Positions 22,601 to 34,600 of a DNA stretch of 64,000 nt are shown here, one piece after another (the first letter of the stretch is position 1; each line of letters opens with the position of its first letter). This stretch comes from a virus, in IMG/VR virus record IMGVR_UViG_3300020445_000983, positions 1 to 64,000 of that record; one strand, 5' to 3'. A program made the translations under genes and the position numbers. The notes beneath the pieces are model-generated. The model saw nothing but the letters and a program-made list of their open reading frames with translations, was not told the origin of the DNA and made no database searches.

Positions 22601-25600
22601 GTTAGCAGTTAAAGTATGAGCACCAATAGTAAGTACTAAATTACCACCTTGAGGATCGTAAACTGCATTAGAAACGTTGTAACTTACAATAGGTGAAGTA
22701 CCAACGAATACTGTTACTGTATTACCAGCCTTAGCAATAATTTCATACTCGTGACCGTAAGTTGGATCAGTAGAACGTGGATAAGACTTAATAGTACTAT
22801 TACCATCCATCTCACAAGTAAACTTGATAGCCTCTTCATTAATTCTGATCCTATCTCCAATTGCTAAGGAGTTAGATCCAATATCAAGTACCAAGTTACC
22901 AGTTGTGGCATCATAAGAACCATCAGTAGGAGTGAAGGAAGTACCAACAACTGCAGTATGTGAATCCTCTAAGTTTCTAGGATATGAGTGATCTGAATTC
23001 TGTCCATCCTCATCACAACGGAATGTCAATGCATTAGGAAGTAACTTAATGCTATCAACTTCCTTCATAATACCGTTAGTGAGACCACTTACGAATGTAT
23101 GGGCAGTAGTGTTAGTAGAAGGTATAGCAGGTAGAACTTGAACTTCAAAACTATTTGATAATACATTATGAACCTGCATCCACTCACCGTGTACCCTATC
23201 TGTAGGTCTTGGGTAAGCGTGATTGGTTTGATGACTGTCCTTAGCACAAGTAAATGTTACTGCATAATCATCCATTTTAATTCTGTCACCTGCAACCAAA
23301 CCGTGTGTAACTGCAGTTTGAATCTTCATTACACCTGTAGTTGGGTCGTAAGTAGTGCCAGAAGATGCTGTAATTCTTGTACCACCAACTAAACCGTGTA
23401 CACCACCAAGAGTAAGAGTCATATCACCCGTTGTAGGATCATATGCTGCATTAGTTACATCGTGTGAAACTGTAGGAGTTGACCCAACGTTCACAGTGAT
23501 CGTACTATCAGTCTTAGCAATGATAGGTACTCTTGTGTTATGAACAGGATCAGTAGGACGTGGATATGAGTGTACACTATAGTGATCATCCATTGAGCAA
23601 GTAAATGCTAAGGAATGATCTCCAATCCATACACTATCACCAACTTCCCAATCGTGAGCACCAATGGTCATTTCTAAGTAACCATTAGAGGGATTAAACG
23701 TAGCCGCTGACGGATCGAAAATTCTAGTAGGTGTTTTACCAACGAAGATATCGAATCCATTTGTACTTACATTCTGAATCTGAATCCATCTGTCTGCGAT
23801 AGGATCATCAGCACGAGGATAAGGATGGTTAGTAGCGTGACCGTCCATATCACAAGTAAATGTGATACATTCTTGGTTTAACTTAACCCAGTCACCTGTA
23901 CCCATTCCGTGATTGGTAATGTTAAGACTTAATATACCTGTCTCACCATCATAAGAAGCACCAGTTGGTGTATGAGTTAATAAAGCAGCACGAGGATAAG
24001 CGTGATCCGTTTGGTAGTTATCCATACCACAACGGAATACTAATGAATCAGGAGCAACTCTAATGTTGTCACCTTCATTTAACCAATGGTTACCAAGGGT
24101 TAACTGCATTACACCTGTGAGGGGAGTAAAGACTCCAGTGCTCGGAGTGTAATTTACTGTAGGAGTTGAACCAACGTTAACAGTTACAGTACCTGTCTGT
24201 CTCTTAAGTCCATTAGCTGCGAATGCCTGATATGTATGTGTTCCTGTGTAAGAAGATATACCAACATCAACAGTGAATGTATTTGTATCAGCAGCTGCAA
24301 CTTCTAACCATTCTCCAGAAGCAGGGTCAGTAGGACGAGGATATGTATGGTCACTACCGTAACTATCCTTAGCACATCTGAATGTTATAGCATTATCTTC
24401 GAATCTTACATAATCACCAGCAACAGTAATACCATTAGTGGTAGCACCATAGAATCTATGACTTGTAGTATTAGAAGATGTACCAACATTAACTTCAAAC
24501 TTATCTTGAGAAGCGTTAGTAACAACTAACCAGTTACCACTAGCAGGGTCTGATGCTCTTGGATATTGGTGATCGGTAGAGTACTGGTCTTGTGAACATC
24601 TGAATGTGATACCAGCATCTTGAATCTTAATACTTTGACCGTTCTGAAGACCGTGATTCTTAATGAAGATCTCCATTACACCACTAGTAGTGGTGAATCT
24701 TGCACCCTCAGGTGTCATATGAGACTTAGTTTTAAAGTCGTGTCCATTTAAGGTACAAACTAAGTGACCATTTGAAGGATTATATGTTGCATCAGTTATA
24801 CTATGCTGTGACTCAGATACATCTTTAATTACTAATGCTTCACCTGCAGATGGATCAGTAGCTCTAGGATAAGTATGCTCACTATTGTGATCATCCATAT
24901 CACAGGTATAGATCAATGAATCATTTGCAATCTTGAGGGTGGTACCTTCCTTAAGATGGTGAGTACCAACAGTTAATGTTAAATCACCTGTAGCAGCATC
25001 ATAAGTAGAATTTTGTACATTATAATGATTCTCTGGAGTAGTACCAACGTTGACAGTAACAGATCCGTTCTGTAGTTCTACACCGTGATCAGCAGCACTA
25101 ACAAATATATGATCATAATTACCACCAGTAATAACAGCACCTGGAGTTGCAGATACAAATGTATGCTGTGTCTCATTGGTAGATGGTATACGTCCTTCAG
25201 CAAGAACCTTAATACTAATAGTAGATAGTGTGGTACCGATTATTTCAAGAGGATAATCATATGCGATATCCTTCTTCCAAGTGATACCATTGGTAGATGA
25301 TGAAACATATGTATGATCGTAGTTACCACCAGCCTTAATAGCACCAGAGGTAGCAGAAACAAATATATGTGGTGTGATATTAGAAGCAATACCAACGTTA
25401 AGAGTTATTGTATTATCTTTTCTTATAATTCCGTTAGCTGTTCCAGAAACGAATGTATGAGCAGTTACGTTTGTGGAAGGAATGTTGTCTAGAACCTGAA
25501 CTTGGAATGTTGTGTTAGTTACATTAGATACCTGTATCCACTCACCGTTAATTGGGTCAGAAAGACGAGGATAAGAATGATTACCACCACCTTGAGTACA

Positions 25601-28600
25601 AGTAAAGGTTACTGAATCAGTTCTGAACTTGACGTAATCACCATCAACCATACCGTGATAACCACTGGTTGTAATGGACATAATACCTGTATTAGGATCA
25701 TATGTTGTACCAGATACAGCAGTTAATGGAGTACCTTCATAAACAACATCAACTGATTGATCGAATGCTCTATCTTGCTTAGAACTTAATGAACCAGCAA
25801 CAGCAGATACAAATGCGTGAGTATAGTCACCACCAGTCTGTACAGCGTTAGCAGTAGCAGAAACGAATGTATGAGCAGTAGTATTAGTAGAAGGAATCGA
25901 GTTAAGAACCTGTACACTGATTGTCGTTGCAGTTACAGCAGTGATTGGACAAGCAGTATCATAGAATGGGTCAGTAGCACGAGGATATGTATGGTTAGTC
26001 TGATGATCGTCCTCTGCACAAGTGAATGTTAATCCGTTTGCAGCAAACTTAATGCTATCACCAATAATATGGTTATGAGCACCAATGGTCATCTCCATAA
26101 TACCTGTAGTAGGATTATAGTTAATACCAGTTGGTTGATAGTTTACTATAGGTGAAGTACCTACATTTACATCAAATGTTGTAGAACCTACGTTAGAAAT
26201 CTCAAGATACTTACCACTAACAGGGTCAGTAGATCTTGGATATGTCTTATTAGCTGTACCACCATCCATCGTACAAGTCATTGTGATGGCACCATCAGCA
26301 AACTTGACGTAATCTCCTGCTAATAAGCTGTGAGCAGCAGTAGTTGTAACAGATAAGACACCAGTTGTTGCTGTATAGGAAGCAGTCTGAATATCGTGTG
26401 TATTAATCTGATTTCTAGGATATGGGTGTAGAGTCTGATGACTATCCTGATTACAAGTAAATGTTAATCCACCTTCCTCAATCTTAACGTTATCACCCTC
26501 TGTCAAATGGTGTGGTCCAATTGTAAGCTTCAATTCACCTGTTGTAGGCTCATAAGCAGCATCAGTTGGAGTAAATGGTACTATAGGTGAAGTACCAACA
26601 TTAACTTTAAACTGATCTGTACCCACCCAAGTAATTGGTAACCAAGCACCAGATGCAGGGTCAGATGATCTTGGATATGCGTGATCAGTTGCGTGACCAT
26701 CCATAGCACAAGAGAAGGTCATTGAGTTATCAGCGAACTTAACGTGATCGCCTTTAACGAATGTGTGACCAGGTACCCATACGGTCATTAGACCAGTAGC
26801 AGCATCATAGTCACCACCAGTAGCAGTATGTTGTGTTGTAGTAGTTCTAGGATAGGAGTGATTAGTTTGGTTATCGTCCTCTTCACAAGTAAATGTGACA
26901 GCGTTGGGTAGTAAACGAATCTTCGCTCCAGAATTTAAACTATGAGATCCTATAGTAAGAATCATAGTACCCGTAGTTGGGTTGTATGATGCATTACTTA
27001 CTGCATAGTTAGAGATAGGAGTTGATCCTACGTCAATAGTAAATGAATTATGAGTTACATTAGTAGCAGTTAACCAAGTACCAGATGCATCATCAGTTGA
27101 TCTTGGATAAGAATGTAAGGTATAGTTACTATCCATACCACAACTGAATACAAGAGAATTATCAATAAGTCTTACTTTGTCACCATTAGCGAATCCGTGA
27201 TCAGGAACAGTAACAGTCAAACGACCATTAACAGGATTATAATCAGCGTGAGTAGCTGTATGGGACGTAGCACCAATACTTACAATATCTAATGCTTGTT
27301 GTGAAGCAGGGTCAGTTGCTCTTGGATAAGAGTGAATAGTACGATAGTTATCTTGTGAACATCTGTATAGTAATGAATGATCTGAGATGTTTAGAGTTGT
27401 ACCTGTTTTCAACTTATGGGATCCAACATCTAATGTTAGAAGACCTGTAGCAGGATCATAGGTAGAATTAGAAACACTGAATGGTACTGTTTCAGTAGGT
27501 CCAACGTTAACCTTGAAGTTATTAGCATCAATTACCTGTGTAACTGGTAGTATTGCTGTAGATGCAGGGTCACTAGCACGAGGATATGCGTGAGTAGTTT
27601 GATGTTGGTCTTGACTACAAGTAAAGATTAATGAATTGGTAGCAATTCTAATAGTATCGTTAGTAGACAAGTTATGCTGAGGTACATTGATTATCAAATC
27701 ACCTGTAGCAGGATCATAGGTAGCACCACTAGGAGTATACTGTACACTAGCAGTTTGTTGATCGATAGTAATTGTCTGATCGTAATCAGCATCACCTTCT
27801 GTATAACCGTTCTTAGTAATAAGTAACTGTCTAACTACCTCAATAGCAATGTCTCTTGCTTGCTCAAAGATGTACTTAACCTCTGCAGATTGACCAGATA
27901 CGTGCTGTACAGCATTAGCATCGGTAACATAAAGTTCAGTTGCATATAAAGTCTTATTATTACCACCGTGCTTAAGGTTGAATGCCATTGCTTCAAGCAT
28001 ATCAACAACGTCATCAACACAAGACTGATAACCATATCCAGCAAATGCTAGTGAAGGATACTGTGAAACACCACGTCCAACAGCAGTGGTAGCAATGAAT
28101 CTTAGGTTATTAAGGATTTCATTACCAGCATCATAGAACTTGTTACCAGAAGCATTATCATAGTAATCAGGTCTGAATGTTTGCTGTCCTTGACCAGTTT
28201 GTCCCTCATCTTCGTAGGGTAGGAAACCAAATTTGTTCTTGACGGCGAGTTGTGACATATCTCTTGCTACCTTGAAGGCATAGAGAGTCTCAGCAGATTG
28301 GTCAGTAACGTGCTTCAAACCAGCAGTAGTATTAAGGTACAATGCAGAAGCATCCCACATTGAACTGTTACCACCAAAACGAAGGTCGTGAGCAATAGAT
28401 TCGAGCAAATCTACTATGTCATCTTCACAATTATGCTTACCACCTTTAACTCTAAAGTTATAATGCTGGAATGCACTAAGTTTTGTGGTTAGATCAACTG
28501 CTTCACCAGCAATTGCACGAGCATTTGTAACAAGAAGATCAGCAGCATCTAGTGCTTTATCAGTACCAGTGTATGCTTTAGGATCTTTAACGATCTGATC

Positions 28601-31600
28601 ATCACGATGAACTGCCTCATCAGACCACTGCATCTGATAATAATCAGAGAAATCAGCAGCAACATCAGCAGGGTTCTCGTTTCTAGAGATTAAGAGGTTA
28701 CTAATTGCCTTTTCAGCCAACATTCTGGCAAACTCGATAGCATCGAGCATAGGAAGTAACTCATCTTCAACGTGATTGATATTATCTTGATTATCAATAT
28801 AGTAATCAATCTGAGCATTTGTCTGATTGTTACCACCAGTTAGCAAGTCACCAGAAATAGCAGGTAAAATATGATCCCTAAGGTCTCTTACACACTTATT
28901 TCTATCAGGGATTTGTAGCTTCTGATCCTGACTGAATCCAACAGTAATGTTATATTTGTTTTCGATATGGTAAACTGCTTCATCAGCAATTACCTTTCTG
29001 TTAAAGTATATTAAATCAGCACCATCTCTGAATCTTTGTCCTGTAGGACCGAGAAGATCTAATAGATCAGAAATCAGATTATTAATAAAATCTTGTACAG
29101 GTTGTGATGCAGGAGTTGCGAAGTAGTTAGGAACACGTACTCTAGTCGAATATGTACCACTTAGAGTAGTCTCATCCTGTGTAATAACATCAATACAGAG
29201 TTTTGCAACCTCACCCCAAGTGTAAATTGATTGTAGAACTTCACCATTAATATGCTGTAGAGCACCAGATCCTGTTAGATATGCTCTTGCCTGTACAACA
29301 GTGTTATAGTTACCACCATCAATAAGGTCTTGAATAATAGCAGGAATAATATACTCTCTAGTATCACGTAAACATACGTTAGTACCATAATTAGATTGTC
29401 CACCATCACCAGGGATGATAAAGTCTGGATATCTAACCTTCAGACGACCAACTGCTTCTTCAGCAATCCAGTCACGGTTCTTATAGATGATATCGGCACA
29501 ATCTCTATATTCTGCTCTACCTAAGTCAACACCCTCACATTGTAATTCTTGTTCGAATAGTTCAACGTAATCAACGTCTGCACTAGAAATAGTAGTAGCA
29601 ACCCAGTTAGCATAGATAGCACCAACTTCTAAAGGCATTGGTGCGTCACCAAGAAGTGCCCAAGAGATAGTATTATCATTAGTAGGATAAACTACGGGGG
29701 CATTAAAGGTTCCAGAGTACTGGGCGATTCCTTTGCGGATAATGATACTATCAATGTTACCTGCGAAAGTATCACCAGCATTCCAAGAAGAACCTATTCT
29801 AATAGTACTATCAGTGTAATTATTAGTATCAGTGTAGTTAGCACCAACCTGAACACCACCAACGAACAGTTTAGTTACGCTGGAGGAACGAGATAGTGCA
29901 AAATGATACCAAGTATCAGCAGCACCTATTTGAGCAGAACTGATTTGATCGGTTCCTGCAATAGCAAGCTTGATACTAGTACCAGAAAGTAAAACTTGTA
30001 CCTTGGTATCAGAAGTAGATCCACGAAGATCTATTAAAGTCTGAGTACCAGCAATTGTTGAAGGTCTAAACCAACCTTCAATTGTATAATCACCTGTACC
30101 AAAAGCGACCTTATCACTTGATGGATATAGTAAATTGGTAGCAGTTCCACTAAATGCTAGTGATCCAGTACCAGTTCTAAAGATTAATGAGTCTGCTACA
30201 ACGTTAGAGTTGGTAATCTTAGAGTTAGTGATGTATTCATCAGCTTGGAAGACACCAGTAACATCCTTAGAGTAGATCCACTTGTTACCAGCATTAGATC
30301 CAATAACATCGAATGATGCACCAGATGTTACACCCTTAACGTTATCTTCAAATACGAAGAATCCACCAGATGACTTACCCTTATAAGCGTGCTTAGTACA
30401 ACGAATTGTCTCTTCTTGGAACGCATAAGGAGGTTCAACACGAGATACATTACCAATAGACCACTGATAAGTAGCAGGATCAGCGAATGTAGGATCTTGT
30501 AGAGTATCTGTAATTATGTTAATGAAACCTGTAATTGCAGATGACTGGTTCATACATCCATTTACATATCCAGTCTTAGCAGTAGATGGAACAGTATTTG
30601 TATAAGCAGCTTCAAATGTTGCAACGGTTCCAGGAGATGCAGTAGTACCAAGTCCAGCGATAATAATATCGCACAAAGTACCAATAGTTGATGCTACACC
30701 GTTACAAACAGGTGATCCAGTATCAACAGTGATTCCACTATCAGTTACCTGAACCCAACCGTGTGAAGCATCTGCTTTAGCAACAGCAACGTTCTTCATA
30801 ATATCGAGTGCCATAGCCTTCGCTTTAGTGTAAGCGTCAACCATAGTATCAATATCACCAGTTACAGTACCGTACTGTACAATCCTATGACCAGCTTCAT
30901 AGATGAAGTTATTACCACCGTGAGCAGTGTTATATGCTAATGCTTCAATAACATCTACTATGTCACTTAAACAATGAACATCACCACCAGTTACTGTATA
31001 ACCTGGGTTCTGCTGCTTGGCATAGTATAAAGATTCGTGAGCAATATACCACTTGTTAGCAAGAAGTAAAGATCTAGCATCAGCGTGACTATTATCTACA
31101 GGATCATACTCATTAGTAACAGTAGGATCTCTATATTGCTGTATTCCAGTGTATAGTGCAGTATGTACTTCATTACGGATACACTTAATCATTAGATCAC
31201 GTGCAGCATTCATTGTATAGACAACTTGAGGTACTTCACCATCAATATGGTAAATTACTCCACTTTGAACATACTTGTATGCAGTATCCCAAACTTCAGA
31301 GTTACCATCGTACTCTAACTGCCAAGCAATAACATTACAGATATCAACGATGTCATCGTGGCAATCTTTGTCGTGGTTTAGACCAGGAACGGTAAATGAA
31401 GGATAGTAATTCTTCATAATACCTACTGCTTCCTCAGCAATGAATAAAGCATTCTTACGTAGAAGAACAGCAGCATCATAGGAACGGTTATCGTGTACCG
31501 TTCTCATTGAAGAGTTAGCAAAGTAAAGCTTCTTATTTCTAATTGAGTCGCCAATAACGAACTGGGAACCCTGTAAGTTCTTATATCTGATTTCTTGGTT

Positions 31601-34600
31601 CCTTACTTCCTCAAAGTCAAGGAAATCTTGGTTATTTGCTGTATCACTGTATAGTTCAGTTGGATTAACAACAGTTTCAGAGATATTATCAAGAATCTTA
31701 TTAGGGAAGGTAATTGAAGGTACTCTCTGGAATACTAGACCAAAGAAGAATGATGGAGGTGATAAGTCAACAGTATCAATGATTTGCTGTGTATTATCAT
31801 CTTGATAAGGTGCAATAGTAGTAATTCTTGCACATATCTTAGAACGTGCAGAATATACAATGTCATTGAACTTAAGATCAAACTCACCAGTTTCAAACTC
31901 AGAAGTACCAGATGTACGAGAAACAACTAAGTCAGTAGTTACAGTACCATCTATTAGGTTAGTTTCTTCAATAACTGCGAAATCAGGGACAGTATCAAGG
32001 TTTGTGATTGTTTCACCCTGTTCAAAGATAGTATTGCTAGTAAGTGGAGTTACAGAAGCTAAAACACCATCAAAACCAGTTGCAGAAGATAAAACATTGT
32101 CATTTGTCAAGAATGAACCTGATATATCAACAACATCAATAGAATCTACAAGTGAGTCAATTACAATAGCTGTACCTTCATTCTGAAGACTACGTACAAT
32201 CTTACCTGCAGGAGGGAAGATACCACTAGTAGAACTAAAGGTAAAACGAGTAATATTAATCTGACTGAATCCTATTTCACGGAATTTGATCCTAGAAGGT
32301 GCTTTAGGTGGTTCATCAAATACAATACTAGGTCCAGAAGTAGTAAATGATACTCCAGGAGACTGTGCAATACCATTAATCAGAATCATCATCTGATCAT
32401 CAGTTGCTGTGATTGATTCACCCTCAACAGTTAGAGGGAACTGGGTTTTAATTCCATCAAAGTCATCAGAGATATTATCAAGTTTCTTAACGATAGAAGT
32501 TAAGATTTCCTCTGAGTTAGTCAGTCTCTTCTGTCTGAACAGTACCTCAGTATTGTTGAACTGAGTGTATATTGGTTGTGCGTTAGCAAAAGAGGTAATC
32601 TTATTAATATTAGTTGCACTAAAGATATTAACTTCCTTAACTAGGTCAGAAACGACCTTTCTTCCTGAAATATCCTTACCACCAGTAAGTGCTAGTTCAC
32701 CAAACATATTGAAACCAACTGGGTGGTTAGTTTCAAGGATTGACTTCCTCCAACTATTAATAGGTGTCTGAGACTTAATAACGTAAGAGAAGTTCTGATA
32801 GAAGTAAGAGTCTTGGATCTTCTGTACAATTTCAGATGGTTTACCAACGTCATCGATAAATTGACCAGTAGTTGTTGTTAAAGCATCAATATTCAGTGTA
32901 CCCTTAGCGATTGATAGATTATCAATCAAACCAGATGCACGAGATACCTCACCAGTTACCCTCTCACCAATAGTCCAATTACCTGTATAGTTCTCAAGTT
33001 TAAGAATTCTAGGTCCAATCTGCCATCCTTGGTTCTCAGAAACATATCCTACAGCAGATGCAGTTTCAATAAAACTTCCTTGATAAACCTTTTCACCTTG
33101 TAAGAAACGAGAAGTTTCTACAACAGCTGTTGCTTTACCACCGAATACCTCGGTTAGTAGTACCTGTCTACCATCACCCTGTGTTAAGAAGGTAATGAAG
33201 CTACCAGATTCAGCATCAACAGGGGTTAGTGCGATCCTTAACTGGTCTGGTTCAAGTGAATTTGCCTCACCAGCGATAGCATAATAAGTAGTGTTCTCAC
33301 TTAAACTGATCAAACCTGCAGAAGCTGGTTTTGGTAGGATACCAATTGTAGATCCAAGGTCTTCTGCACGTAAATTAACAGCAGCACCGTTTGTGATACC
33401 GTGTGGGAAGTTAAACTGTAAATATCCTAAGTCAATGTTAACAACGTAGTTAAATTCTGATTTAAGGGTAACTATTGGTTCAGAACTGTATCCTGAGCCT
33501 GGTTCCTTAACTTGAATCTCAGAAAGACGATTATTCTTAACAATCGCTAATGCTTCAGCACCTATACCTCCACCACCTTCAATTACAACACGAGGAACGC
33601 TAGTATATCCAGAACCTGGGTCAGTTATTTTAATTTCTGTTAGAATAGCGGTATTAAATAACTGAAGGTTCACAGGGAAAGTTATTTCAGGTCTCAACGT
33701 ATAGTCGTGAGAGTACCCGAAACCAAATTCGTTGTTCTTCAGTTTCTTAATCTTACCAATGCTTAGACCTTGTAAGAATACAGATGCACCTGATCCTTCA
33801 GCAGGAATGATAACATCTAATACTCCACCAGAACCTTGTAGTAAACTACCTAATATTCCAGGAATACCATCAATATCTACAGATGCAAAGGTATATCCCT
33901 TACCAGCAGATATAAGTTCTACTCCAGTAATAACACCTTCTAGGTCACCATCATCAGCAACTGTGATGTTACATAGAGCACCTTCACCGTCTCCATCGAT
34001 AGGAACGTTGAAATAGGTACCATTTACATACTCAGTACCACCAGAAGTTATCTTAATCTTCTCAATTTCTCTGTTTGAAGCAATATCAGTAACAATTGGT
34101 AGTTTCTGATAGAATCCACCTGGGTTTACCAGTTTAATAGATGAAATAGGACCAACTGCCTTAACAGAAGTGGTAGAGTATGATGATCTTGGAATACCAA
34201 CCTCAGTGTTACCTAATGGTGCAGTTGTATTCTCTGGCTCACGAAGTAATGGGAATTTAAACTCCTTATCGTCTGGTATACTAGAAATTGTAAATATACC
34301 CTTATATGGAGTCTGAACAACGTCAATAAAGGAATCTATACCAACTGGATTATCATTAGCACTTGTTCTTGAAGGGTCAAAGTAGTAAGAAATATTAGTT
34401 ACAGCGTCTGTAACCAAGAATTTAACCAATGGAGTAGGTGAACTCTCATCAGTCATACCTGGTGTACCTTCTCTAATGATGTTTGTGAATGGATATTCTA
34501 GTTTATACTGATTATCCTTAGAGAAACTCAAGAAATATCCTGCGTTTGAAGTGTCATCAAGGTCAAATACGTACTGATGACCTCTTACAAAGAGTAATTT

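Noticed and set aside
20171-27755. Repeat array as inteins, an assembly artefact or a DGR target
   Set aside because: No intein C1/HN splice motifs, copies are highly diverged at DNA level, and no reverse transcriptase or adenine-specific TR/VR pair was seen.
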